A stretch of DNA of 64,000 nt from Octopus vulgaris. Its lineage: Eukaryota. The position numbers were made by a program, and so were the translations under genes. The DNA lies in NCBI GenBank assembly GCA_951406725.2, contig OX597815.1, positions 168,082,001 through 168,146,000 on the forward strand. Reading direction: 5' to 3'. Below the pieces are notes generated by a model that saw nothing but the letters and a program-made list of their open reading frames with translations, was not told the origin of the DNA and made no database searches. Below are positions 1-11,879 of this stretch, piece by piece (within the stretch, counting starts at the first letter, position 1; each line of letters opens with the position of its first letter).

Positions 1-444
1 CTGGTTGAGAAGCGCTGCTCTAAAAGATCAGTTGACTGAATCTAATTTTTGCATTTTCTTTAGGAATAAAAGACATTCATGGGCATTGATTGACATTGCA
101 TAAGTTTCAATGAGTGTTCTAGTTGTTAGTTCAAATATAAGTGGCTGAATATTCCATAAACAATACAGTCATCAAAGTGTCCACAATTAATGGAGAAGAT
201 AGTCATCATCAAATTCAAAGGACTACCTCACATGCAAAACCATTTTCTATCTTTACAAATCCACAATTCGTCCTTGTATGGAATACTGTTGTCATATTTT
301 GTCACTTAGATCTCCTTGACCAGGTTTAAAAGTGAGTCTCTAATTTAATTAATCCTTCTCTTACTTCAACTCTGCAACCCTTGTCACATCAACATGAAAT
401 CACCAGTCTTAGTCATTTCTATTGTTACTACTACAGGAAGTGTG

Positions 445-765
445 AAGGTGTGTGGCTTCGTGGTTAGGGCATTCGGCTCATGACTGTGAGGTCGTGAGTT
501 CAATTCCCGGCAACGCGTTGTGTCCTTGAGCAAGACACTTTATTTCACGTTGCTCCAGTCCACTCAGCTGACAAAAATGAGTTGTACCTGTATTTCAGTG
601 GGCCTGCCTTGTCATACTTTGTGTCATGCTGAATCTCCCTGAGAACTACGTCAGGGGTACACGTGTCTGTGGATTGCTCAGTCACTTGCACGTTAATTTC
701 ATGAGCAGGCTGTTCTGTTGATCGTATCAGCTGGGACCGTCGTCATCATAACCAATGTAGTGCTC
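445..765 (+). mobile_element. tRNA-derived SINE, family B
   Basis: tRNA-like head with A/B-box-like motifs (tggcttcgtggtt...gagttcaattcc). Homologous copies at 33340-33645 (-) and 59995-60320 (+). Confidence 0.8.
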
Positions 766-1334
766 CTACTACAGGAAGTCCTCTTATGAACTTTCTCTTT
801 TAGTTCCATATCACTCTATGTCATCTCGCCTGACTCAAACCCACAGCATCTCCATCAAAATGTTATTGAGCTTCAGTGAATAAGGAAGTCTTTCTACGGT
901 TGTAGCTTTCTTCCACAAACTACCAGACTGAGCAACTCTCTTCCATCTCACTGTTCTCCTTCATTTTATGACCTGATCTCTTTCAAATCTAAAGTAAGTT
1001 CATTCCTTTCATCTTAATTTCTCCTTCTTTATAGTCCCCTATACCAAGTGGCTTCTTGCTTTCCCTGGGACTTTCTTACAAAAAAAAAAAACTCCCCAAG
1101 TGTACTCAGCCAGGCATTGCAAGTGGCAAAGCTGTCACTTTGAATTACAAGTATAGTTTCATTTAAATGGATTTTACACAGTTTTTGTTAGGTTAATTCT
1201 GCTTATGAGATTTACTATTTAAGATGAAGTAGAGAACAAACTGCCGGCATCAGTTGTTAGTTGTCGGAGCACTGCATCAAAACTTCCATGCTTCCTGAGA
1301 TTTGCCAACACTTAATATTCCCCCCCTCCATACA

Positions 1335-1470
1335 CACGCAAGCATGTATCTGACTCATACACTGTTCGCTTCCAGACATTTGTACATTACTGCATATGCT
1401 TTATATGCACTTTTGACAAGTTGTGGTGCACCTGAGCACTGTATACAATAATTTCATTATTTTTATTATA
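1335..1470 (+). mobile_element. Retroposon 3'-end fragment with ATT-rich tail
   Basis: Closely similar inverted copy at ~19675-19801 (cagtgctcaggtgcactacaacttgtc...). Confidence 0.65.
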
Positions 1471-1702
1471 AGACACCTTATATTGTTGTAGACTGGGATC
1501 AAACAAAGGATCATATGATTATGGAGCAAACTTCATAACCATTTCCTCATGCCTGTTCTCTTATCCACATCTCACACACACACACAAAGGTAATTGGTTG
1601 AAGAATTATAATTCCAGCCATGGCTATTGTGGGCATCTAAGACTTAACTTGAGATATTCAAACATACAATATTGTTTTAAAGATGGCAAATAGTATGTCA
1701 CA

Positions 1703-1935
1703 AAGGCGGTAAGCTGGCAGAAATGTTAGCACACCAGGCGAAATGCCTAGGCGTATTTCGTCCGCCATTACATTCTGAGTTCAAATTCTGCCGAAGTCGA
1801 CTTTGCCTTTCATCCTTTCGGGGTCGATTAAATAAGTACCAGTTACGCACTGGAGTCGATGTAATTGACTTAATCCCTTTGTCTGTCCTTGTTTGTCCAC
1901 TCTATGTTTAGCTCCTTGTGGGTAGTAAAGAAATG
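1703..1935 (+). mobile_element. SINE family C (aaggcggcgagctggcagaa... type)
   Basis: Copies at 2520-2880 (-), 5160-5760 (-), 21950-22350, 32824-33205, 33680-33915, ~51150-51600 and 53030-53170 (-). Confidence 0.8.
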
Positions 1936-2042
1936 GGTAAATAGTATGTCACAAAAAAGAAAACATTGCCACTACCTTAATCATGTAGCAACTTGTTTGT
2001 ATGTTTATTATAAGCAGGTGATAATTAGTGACATGGTATTAC

Positions 2043-2196
2043 CTGTAGCGTGAGCAAGTCAGCAAGGATCTGCAGAGGATGGAAGAGATCAGACAATCCA
2101 TTTATCACAGGAACAGAACTTTCTGAAGCTAGCGTATCAACCACATCGTGACCATAGACTCTGGCTAGTATTACATCACACATTCGGCAAAGAACA
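2043..2196 (-). CDS. OTC: OTC exon equivalent to human exon 5 (HPxQ motif)
   Basis: 154 nt, tttgcAG|T GTT...CAG|GTAATA. Encodes [51 protein letters not shown]. No further OTC exon recognised in 1-2042. Confidence 0.97.
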
Positions 2197-2321
2197 CTGC
2201 AAAAGGTTAAAAATAATCCAAAAAGATCGGTAAGAAATAATGCTATTTGAGACAACTCCAACAACCATGTAATTATTAATCGTTATGTCCAACCCATACC
2301 AATATGGAAGATATATGTTAT

Positions 2322-2352
<31 letters not shown>

Positions 2353-3361
2353 CATACAAAGGTGGCCAATGGAAAAGACAGTAAAGTGAGAAACAAAAAG
2401 GAGTCAATAAAATATGGAACCAATCAAATACTTGGAACCAATATAACCGACAAGCTGCTCTCAGCCCACAAAAAAATGTGGCCTTGTGCCAATGGCTGAT
2501 TATTGAATTCAAATTTTGGCACAAGGCCAGCAACTTCAGAAGAGGTGGTTAGTCAGTTACATCAACCCCAGTAGTCAACTGGTACTTATTAAATCGACCC
2601 CAAAAAGATGAAAGGCAAAGTTGACCTTGGCAGAACTTAGAATATAAAGGACAAAATGCCACTAAACATTTTGTGCAGCTTGCTAATGACTCTGCCAGGT
2701 TGCCACTTCTGTCCTTAACCTCTTAACATACACATTTTTTTTCAATGTCCATGCAGAATAAATCATTTTTTTAATTATTGCTTTTGAATCTGTATATAAG
2801 GAACTCAGAATGTAACGGCATACGAAATACTGCTAAGCATTTTGCCCGGTGTGCTAACGTTTCTGCCAGCTTGCTGCCTTAATAGAAATGATGGTTACTA
2901 CTGATAGAAATGATAGTTACTGATAGCTATGATAGAAAATGTTGTGTGTGTGTGTGTATGTGTGTGTGAGTGAGTGTACTTGTGTTTGTGTCCCACAGTC
3001 ATCATTATCATCATTTAATGTTTGCTTTCCATACTAGTGTGGGATGGACTACTGGCAAATGGGATTGGTTTGTTTACATCCCTGTAACTTATCAGTTTGG
3101 CAAAAGAGACCAACAGAATAAGTACCAGACTTCATAAAAATAAGTCCTAGGGGCGATCTGTATGACTAAACCCTTCAAGGTAGTGCCCCAGTATGACTGC
3201 AGTCCAATGTGCAGAAACAAGTAAAACGTAAGATAGAAAAGATAAATGACAAGCAAAAGAATCAAAAACATATGAAGAGGGGTGACATAAAATAGCAGAA
3301 ATTACTTACCACAGTATCTAAGATTTCAGCTTATTCAGCCTTACAATAGCAAACTTGCAAA

Positions 3362-4078
3362 CAGAGCCAGCTTAATGGCATTATAGGATCCTGGGAAAAT
3401 CAGTGCACTGGGCCCAATAATGGTTTATTTATTAACAGCAAGCCACAGCATACATAGATCAGAATTGGGCTTCTAGACCCATGGGGCCTCCAAGTAAATC
3501 AATGCAGTAGTCCGCCGCCGCCATCATCGTCACTATCATCATCATCATCATCATCATTGTTTAAAGTCTGCTTTCCATGCTCGTATGGGTTGTACAATTT
3601 GACTGAGGGTTGGCAAACCAGATGGCTGCACCATACTTCAATCTTGATCTGGCAGAGTTTCTACAGCTGGATGCCCTTCCTAACGCCAACCACTCTGAGA
3701 CTGTAGTCGCCAGCCACTCCGAGAATATAGTTTTTATTTATTGACAGCAAGCCACTTTATAAAGTATTGGTGTTAGGAGGAGCATCCAGCTGTAAAAATC
3801 CTGCCAAAACAGACAGTGAAGCCTACTGTGGCCTTCTGCCAAGCAAGTCCCAGTCAAACCATTCAACCCATGCCCATATGGAAAACGGACATTAAATGAT
3901 GAGGCTACAATATACATAGGTCTAAATTGGGTATCTAGATTCGTGGGGCCTCCAGGCAAATCAGTGCATTTTGCCCTATAGTATTTAGTTATTGATAGCA
4001 AGCCACAGCATACATCGGTCAGAACTGGATCCCCTAGACTTGTGAGGCCTAGTGTGCTCATGCCTTAAGGTGGCACTG
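3362..4078. mobile_element. hAT-like MITE with internal repeats and nested repeat fragments
   Basis: Imperfect termini CAGAGCCAGCTTAA / TTAAGGTGGCACTG, and a repeated internal block (acagcaagccacagcatacat...). Confidence 0.5.
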
Positions 4079-4158
4079 TTTGCAAATATAGAAAATATTA
4101 TTTTTGTAAGAATGCAACATATCAGTGAGGAAAAGATATAACGTAGAGATGTAATTAC

Positions 4159-4246
4159 TGAGCAGTGTCTTTGATGCTTTCATTCACACCAATATGGACA
4201 TCATCTGGGCCAAGGAAAATGGATTGACCTCCAAGAAGGTTCATTC
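4159..4246 (-). CDS. OTC: OTC exon equivalent to human exon 4
   Basis: 88 nt, ttttccAG|GA...GCT CA|GTAATT. Encodes (G)MNLLGGQSIFLGPDDVHIGVNESIKDTA(H). Phases agree with both neighbouring exons. Confidence 0.96.
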
Positions 4247-4327
4247 CTGGAAAAAAAAATATGAAACTACTTCATTATATGCAAACTTTTAACAAAGAAA
4301 AATTATTAATGATATAAATAAAATTCT

Positions 4328-4690
4328 CAACCACGTGGTTCCAGGTTCAGTCCCACAGTGGGGCAACTTGGGCAAGTGTCTTTTACTATAGCCTCGGGCT
4401 GACCAATGCTTTGGGAGTGGATTTTATAGATGGAAAACTAGAAGAAGCCCATCGTATGTGTGTGTCTTTGTGTCTGTGTTTGTCTCACATCATTGCTTGA
4501 CAACTGGTGTTGGTGTGTTTATGTCCCCTATAACTGAGCAGTTAGGCAAAAAAAGACCAACCGACTAAGTACAAGGCTTAACAAAAAATAAGTACTGGAG
4601 TCGATTCATTTGACTGAAAATTCTTCAAGGCGGTACTCCAGCATGGCCGCAGTCTAATGACCGAAACGAGTAAAAGGTAAAAGATAAAAA
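4328..4690 (+). mobile_element. tRNA-derived SINE family A (internal microsatellite, aagagt-type tail)
   Basis: Shared head ggttccaggttcagtcccac..., body cttagcggttcggcaaaagagaccgatagaataagtac and tail. More than 10 copies in the window. Confidence 0.8.
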
Positions 4691-5159
4691 ATAAATTTTT
4701 TAAAGAACGAAAACAAGATGCTAAAAGAAAAACATGTCAGTGGTGGTAGTGAATCCTCCTGCTACGAGATAAAACGTAGATGATTTTAAATGAAAATGGT
4801 GAAACCTTAAATTTAAATTGTATAAAATGATAATGGTTAAATTGCGTTATATTTATACCTGCTTCAAATTATGTAATATCAAAGATGATGAGATCACTGA
4901 AGAGAGGGAGAGAAAGGGAGGGAGGGAGGGAGAGAGAGTGGGGAGAGAGAGAGAGAGTGTGTGTTTGTGTGTGTGTACATTTATTTCTATATATCAATGT
5001 GGGTGGTTAAAAAGCTTGCTTCACAACCATGTTCAACGCAAAAGTGAAGAAGTTTACACAGCCGAAGTTTCTTAAATTCAAGGGAGGTAATTCAGAAGTT
5101 TTAAGATTTGCCTCCCTTATACCGTTACGTGCTAGCCTAAGTTCATTTTTTTTTTTTTT

Positions 5160-5762
5160 ACTTTAGGCACAAGGCCCGAAATTTGGGGGGAGGGGGCCAG
5201 TCAATTAGATCGATCTCAGTACGCAACTGGTACTTAATTTATCGAACCCGAAAGGATGAAAGGCAACGTCGACCTCAGCGGAATTTGAACTCAAAACGTA
5301 AAGGCAGACGAAATACCGCTAAGCATTTCGCCCGGCGTGCTAACGTTTCATATTTCTTTATTACCCACAAGGGGCTAAACATAGAGGAGACAAACAAGGA
5401 CAGACAAACGGATTAAGTCGCTTATATCGACCCAAGTGCGTAACTGGTACTTAATTTATCGACCCCGAAAGGATGAAAGGCAAAGTCGACCTCGGCGGAA
5501 TTTGCACTCAGAACGTAGCGGCAGACGAAATACCTATTTCTTTACAACCCACAAGGGGCTAAACACAGAGACGACAAACAAGAACAGCCAAATGGATTAT
5601 GTCGATTATATCGACCCCAGTGCGTAACTGGTACTTAATTTATCGACCTCGAAAGGATGAAAGTCAAAGTCGACCTCGGCGGAATTTGAACTCAGAACGT
5701 AACGGCAGACGAAATACGGCTACGCATTTCGCCCGGCGTGCTAACGTTTCTGCCAGCTCGAC
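5160..5762 (-). mobile_element. SINE family C, tandem multimer
   Basis: Three successive copies of the ctggtacttaatttatcgacc...gaaaggatgaaagg block. Confidence 0.8.
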
Positions 5763-6164
5763 GCTCTGACCTAAATTACGAAAGTCTGAGCCTGACTGTT
5801 CCTCGTTCAAAGAGGATACCGTAGTTTATAGATTTGTTTCTCCTTGGTGAGAGTATAACTGACTTCAATATAGTCCCGAACGCTTAACAACAATTAAACA
5901 ACACTAACAATAATACCATTTGTGGCCATATTGGTTGTAAGATAAATAACAACAATGTAAAAACAAGTATATTTAATTCGCTAAAATATTTTAAATTCTC
6001 TCAAACAATGCATGCCACATCATGCATTTGCTGCTGCTGCTACTGCAAGAGCTTTAACCATCTTGAAATTTTTTTAGTCTGGTACACAGCTGTTGGTGAC
6101 AGAATATAGCGTTGTCCATCTAATCTCCACCCACCCCTCTCTATCTATCTATCTATCTATCTAT

Positions 6165-6230
<66 letters not shown>

Positions 6231-6400
6231 TTTTATCTGATACGCGATCCCTATTGATTGTTTTTTTTATTATTGTTTTCTTTCTTTTTTATGATCCCTT
6301 TTGATTGAAAACCTACCCCACTTTTTTCTCTCCCCCCCCCCCCAAGCTCTACTTTGTAATTTCTCCCGTCTGTGTTCAGCTCTGAGTGGCTAATAAAGAA

Positions 6401-6449
<49 letters not shown>

Positions 6450-7309
6450 ACTATCTATCTATCTATGTATCATGGCTTTTAGAAATGCGTATATAAAATG
6501 ATTTGATGAAACATAAATAATAGGAATAAACAAGTGGCATTGTAAACAACAGTATACATCAGTTTCATCCAGGGCTAAGCCCTTGCAATCCCTGCGCTTG
6601 CAGGGGGGCTCTGCAGTTGAGGGGGCCCCCATATTAAGATCAAAGTACGTAGATGAGTCATCTACTTACTTGGTTAAGATACTGAACATGAATTAAACTA
6701 TGTTAACTGAAAATTTCAAGAAATAAAATGGTAGAACATTGCACCTCCAAAAAGCGCTTATAAAATATTACATTGTACCCCAAATGTGTACCAGACATTC
6801 AGGATTGCCTATGATATCTATTGAACATGAACTTAGCTCTGAGCTTAAATTATTCTGAAACTGCTCAGTGATTTCACAAAACAAAATAAAAAGTGCTCCA
6901 TGTTTGTCTTTGAAAGTTGCCTGGATTATAAAAGTGCTCTTTTATTCGAATCTGGAAGTTTTTACTTCTTGAAATTTGTAATAGACCTAAATAAATTTAA
7001 CTTGTTGTATGTTTAAAGATGTTCTTAGGATAAAGAGAAATATTGAACTTCAGATAGAATAAAATAAAATATAGCTAGATTATGAATTTTGATTGAAGGG
7101 ATAGAGCCTTGAAACAACAAGGTTGTAAGAGGCTTCTAAAAGTCATACAACGAAGCTGGTTTCACCCACTGAGTTCTAAAGAAATGTTAGAAAAACAAGA
7201 CGTTCGATCAATTACATACAAATTTTGCTAGCAACAGCACATAAAATAACGAAAAGTTTCCTCTAGTCATAATTCTATTTAATTTATCTATTGATTCTAT
7301 CTTGTTTAA

Positions 7310-7530
7310 CCCTTTAGTGTTCACATTATTCTGCCAAAATTAATCCTTTTTTATCCACATTGTTTTGAACTAATCAGGCATTATCTTGTAGCTATGAGAT
7401 TTTGATGAGGTAGCTGTTAATTTTTAAAACGATATTGTAGGGCTGGTGTGAGAGACCAGATCTGGCCAGTTTGAACATAAAACGGGTAGAATACTTTTGG
7501 CCGGATATGGCCGGTTTAAATGCTAAAGGG
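7310..7530. mobile_element. piggyBac-like MITE
   Basis: TTAA|CCCTTTAG ... CTAAAGGG|TTAA, giving a TTAA target duplication and CCC-starting TIRs. Confidence 0.8.
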
Positions 7531-7839
7531 TTAAGTCTTTGGATTGCAACCATGCTAGGGTACCATCTTGGAGGGTTTACTCAAACAAATCAATCCAAGT
7601 GCTTATTTATAAGTCTGGTCCTTATTTTGTCAGCTTCTTTTGCTGAACCACTAAGTTACAAGAACATAAATAAACGCAGGCTGTCAAGCTTCTTAAACTA
7701 CACTAAGTAGAAATGTGTAATCTTTCCAGGTGACCCAACAACGCAACAGAATTGAAGTCACGAATGATACTCAACAGTTTGATATCTACAAAAATATCTG
7801 TTACAAAAGAATTAATTTGTTTTTAAGTATTTACATTAC

Positions 7840-7921
7840 CTGATTCTGAAGAAACCCGAGTTCGTGTACTTCTCTTCTGGAAAATCATTGCCAAAGACTT
7901 TCCTACTAGAGGCTGATACAG
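7840..7921 (-). CDS. OTC: OTC exon equivalent to human exon 3 (carbamoyl-phosphate-binding STRT motif)
   Basis: 82 nt, tttccAG|...|GTAATG. Encodes LYQPLVGKSLAMIFQKRSTRTRVSSES(G) with the transcarbamylase F-x-K-x-S-T-R-T signature. Confidence 0.97.
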
Positions 7922-8158
7922 CTGGAAACAAATAGAAAAAAATTGAAAACTTAGTATTAACTCTAATAGAAATGCTAAGATTTGTTTGTATTTGGGAGAC
8001 GATAAATTAAGATAAACACAAAGACATATATAGAGTACAGTCTCAGTCAAATTGAACTTGACAATAAATTTAACCCTACTCTCAGTAATGAGCCACCCCA
8101 TCAACAAATATTCAGTTATTCTTAAACTTGATTTAAATTACCTGAACATACTATATAA

Positions 8159-8194
<36 letters not shown>

Positions 8195-8375
8195 AATAAG
8201 GTTCATGTTCAGTTAAATGAAGGAAAGAATAAGAAATTAAAGATTCCTTTAAGAGGTTAACTTATCCTCAAAGCAACTTTTATATATATATATATATATA
8301 TATAGTATATGATAAGAAGAAAATGGTGAGTTTTAACAGATAAACATCAATTTATTAACATATTGTCAATTCTCT

Positions 8376-8476
8376 GTTACCTACAATTGTTTCCATATCC
8401 AACTCCATCAAATTACAATTTAATAAAGTAAAATTGCATTTTGAAAATAGAGGGTTGAATATTTCTTCAGGATGAC
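8376..8476 (-). ncRNA. Type I hammerhead-ribozyme-like motif (Penelope-type remnant)
   Basis: GTCATC-CTGAAGA-A-[ATATTCAAC...GTTGGATAT]-G-GAAAC-AATT-GTA-GGTAAC. Stems I-III can be drawn, with a mismatch at the base of stem II. Confidence 0.55.
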
Positions 8477-8811
8477 TAAATTGACACAAAAGGAATCACA
8501 TCTTAATCACATCTTTTCATATACTATATTGAAATATACCCATATATATCAAAGTGAAACACATAGCTATTAAAAATGTCCAAACTCTGTAAAATACTTA
8601 ATTGGTGCCTATTAAATAATAAACACTAATACTATTAAATAATACTGAGTATTTCATGGATATATTGGATTAAACCAGGGTAATTTGCATGTTAACATCT
8701 TTCTTAAGAGCAATTTATACCCTCAAAATAACACACACACACACACACTCATATATATATATCATCATCATCGTTTAATGTAAGCCCTTCATGCTGGCAT
8801 CAGTGGGATAC

Positions 8812-8844
<33 letters not shown>

Positions 8845-8969
8845 TGTATGTATGTATGTATGTATGTATGGATGGATGGATGGATGGATGGATGTATGTA
8901 TGTATGTATGTATGTATGTATGTATGTATGTATGTATGTATGTATGTATGTATGTATGTATGTATGTGA

Positions 8970-9170
8970 CCGCTTGTGTATCGTTGGCAATGTTTTTCCC
9001 TCAATCTTCCCTTCCTTGAATTTTTTCGTTTTCTATGTTTCTGACGAAGAGCACCGCTCAAAACATTAAATCCTCCTTCTTTCTTTCCTTTCCTGAGCGT
9101 CCAATAACACTATACTTGTTCCATGACCTTGCATTGTTGTTTTCTCTTTGTTCATGTTTGGATTAACTTT
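8970..9170 (+). mobile_element. Short Penelope-type terminal-repeat element with degenerate hammerhead
   Basis: CTGACGAAGAGCACCGCTCAAAAC at 9041 (GAAA mutated to AAAA). Homologous to 10490-10692, 28322-28525 and 44510-44690. Confidence 0.6.
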
Positions 9171-9562
9171 ATGTATGTATGTATGTATATAGTTCAAATT
9201 TACAGAAAACAAAAAGACGAAGACAGGTGAGGGAGCAACAAGCAAATGTATTAGTTTGAGACTTCGGAAGAATCGGAAAGCGTTTGGCATTTTGAGCCTA
9301 TAGGGGGAAAAAATGGAAACAGAACAATGGATGGATGGATATAAATACATATATAAAATTAGTGTACATTTAAACACAAAAGATGTGGCCCTTATAGAAC
9401 ACCTCTTTTGTATATAAATGTACACTAATTTTATATGAATAATATTTTGTCTGTTGACTATTTTATGCATGCTAGCCACTGGTAGCAATTTTCTCTAATT
9501 TTCCTACCCTATATATGTTTTCTTAATAAATAAATACATATATATATATATATATATATATC

Positions 9563-9960
9563 TTTTACTCTTTTACTTGTTTCAGTCATTTGACTGCGGC
9601 CATGCTGGAGCACCACCTTTAGTCAAGCAAATCGACCCCAGGACTTATTCTTTGTAAGCCCAGTACTTATTCTATCAGTCTCTTTTGCCGAACCGCTAAG
9701 TAACAAGGACATAAACACACCAGCATCGGTTGTCAAGCAATGCTAGGGGGACAAACACAGACACACAAACATACACACACATATATATACATATATACGA
9801 CAGGCTTCTTTCAGTTTCCGTCTACCATATCCATTCACAAGGCTTTGGTCGGCCCGAGGCTATAGCAGAAGACACTTGCCCAAGATGCCACGCAGTGGGA
9901 CTGAACCTGGAACCATGTGGTTGGTTAGCAAGCTACTTACCACACAGCCACTCCTGCGCC
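9563..9960 (-). mobile_element. SINE family A, full length
   Basis: Head ggcgcaggagtggctgtgtggtaag at 9960, running to the aagagtaaaag tail. Confidence 0.85.
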
Positions 9961-10489
9961 TATATATATATACTGTTGTGTCTGGGGAGAGTCATTTTCT
10001 TTTTGTGCCTTATAATTTAACACACTCACCGGTAAAATTTCCTATTATTTCTTATTTTTATTTTCCTAAAATTTTCATTACATCTTGCAACTTTTTCAAT
10101 TGTCTTGACCAAGTCCAAAAACAAAATATATATATATCACACGCACACTGCCACAACCACCAGTGCACACACTTGTCACTATAGCTGCTGATCTCTCACT
10201 ATGACATTAGCACACACACACACACACATGGTCACTACTACCACATGCATGCACCCTACCATGCATACATGCTACTACGTACACATGCTATCATGCACAC
10301 ACACACACACTCATTTACTGCCACACACACACACATGCTAACACACAAACTATCATACACACACACGCTAACACACACAGGCACGCGCATGCACGCACAC
10401 ACATGCCAACCATTCTTCACACTATCCTGTCCCAGAAAACATTTTATCTTTGTGTCCATCTGCTTCTGATCAATTCAAAAATGTAACTA

Positions 10490-10692
10490 CACATTGACTG
10501 CTGGCAATTTTTTCCTCTTTCTTCCTTTTCTTTTGGACTTTCCTATGTCTCCTGTTTCCGAAGAAGAGCTATGCTCAAAACATAAAACAACCACTCTTTC
10601 CTTCCTTGAGCGTCTTATAAATACTTTGCATGTGCTACATCCTCGTGTTTTTGTTTTTTCTTGTTGCCTTTTTCTCCATTTTTTAATCAACT
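10490..10692 (+). mobile_element. Penelope-type short element with degenerate hammerhead
   Basis: CCGAAGAAGAGCTATGCTCAAAACATA at ~10558; ends at a (TA)n tract. Confidence 0.55.
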
Positions 10693-10715
10693 ATATATAT
10701 ATATATATATATATA

Positions 10716-10857
10716 AATTTTAATTAAGGGTATCTCTTAGATCTCTTAGATACCCTTAATTATAATTATATATATATATATAATTATAATTAAGGGTATC
10801 TAAGAGATACCACCATGCTAGATACAGGTATCTCTTGGATACCCTTAATTAAAATTT
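10716..10857. repeat. Nested palindrome cluster
   Basis: Perfect 68-bp palindrome at 10741-10808 inside an outer inverted pair aattttaattaagggtatc / gatacccttaattaaaatt. Confidence 0.9.
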
Positions 10858-10996
10858 TAATAATAATTATTACCTTTGAGGTTTTTATTCCCATGCTGGC
10901 CACCTGATAAGATTGGTATTTTAAATGATAAGATTGAATAGGACAAGCAGTATTAATATTTTTAATGATAATTCTGTTTAAATAACAGATACCTAC

Positions 10997-11108
10997 CTCT
11001 TTGTCTTTTTTTATGCGAACCTTCAAATCGTTTGCTGTCCATAGCAGTTGCTTAATTTCGTCAGGTTGGTAATATTTTAAGCTGTCAAAGTCTCTTCCTA
11101 CAAGTGAG
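10997..11108 (-). CDS. OTC: OTC exon equivalent to human exon 2
   Basis: ttttgacAG|C TCA CTT GTA GGA AGA GAC encodes SLVGRDFDSLKYYQPDEIKQLLWTANDLKVRIKKDKE|GTAGGT, similar to human [36 protein letters not shown]. Confidence 0.92.
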
Positions 11109-11879
11109 CTGTCAAAATCAACAAGAGATAGAAAAATATTCAATGAAGGATAAACATGTGAAGTTGTGACACAACAAAAAAAACATTTAATTTTTACAAT
11201 TACTAATTATTAATAATGAATATATTTATTTTCATATTTATTCAACACTAGCTTAAAAGCCGCATTCTGTTTGGACTTTTAAACTGGCTCCTATAGAAGG
11301 CTAATTAGGCCTGTGGCCCAAAACTAAAAAGAGCTAAATAGCATGACTATAATACCTCTATAATGATTATATGCTCCAGTGGTGTTTGATCAGAGGTTAA
11401 GGACAGATGAGAATTCTCTAATGCAATCATTCTATTGTTCCAGTTCCAAGTTGAATTCCAACTGTTAGCCAATTTGTCCCAAAGTTCTTATCCCAATACA
11501 AAATTAACAAAGTAAATATCATTTATCCCCCACTCCTTGATCTCTGATGTCATCTGACAAATGCATACCAAGATGGCCTGAATAAGCCAAGCTTTACCTG
11601 TTAGAAATAGCAACCTAAATGCTTTTAAATCAGATCCCAAAGCTGGATGTTCAAGCACCAAATGAAGGGCAGATTTTCAATCCCAGGATCATCAAGATTC
11701 CAGAAAGGTATAATATGTCTATGTAGAGCAAATGTAGACTAAGATATAGGGGTTCCCAGACGGACAGACAGAATTTTGCCTTTATTAATATAGATTAAGA
11801 CAGCTCCCAATAGTTTTCCCACCACTTTATTCTTATATAGGCACAAACACAGATGTGTGGTTATGAGGTTGCTTTGCAA

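Noticed and set aside
445-520. tRNA-like sequences at SINE heads
   Set aside because: They continue into repeated SINE bodies and have degenerate cloverleafs, so they are not called as tRNA genes.
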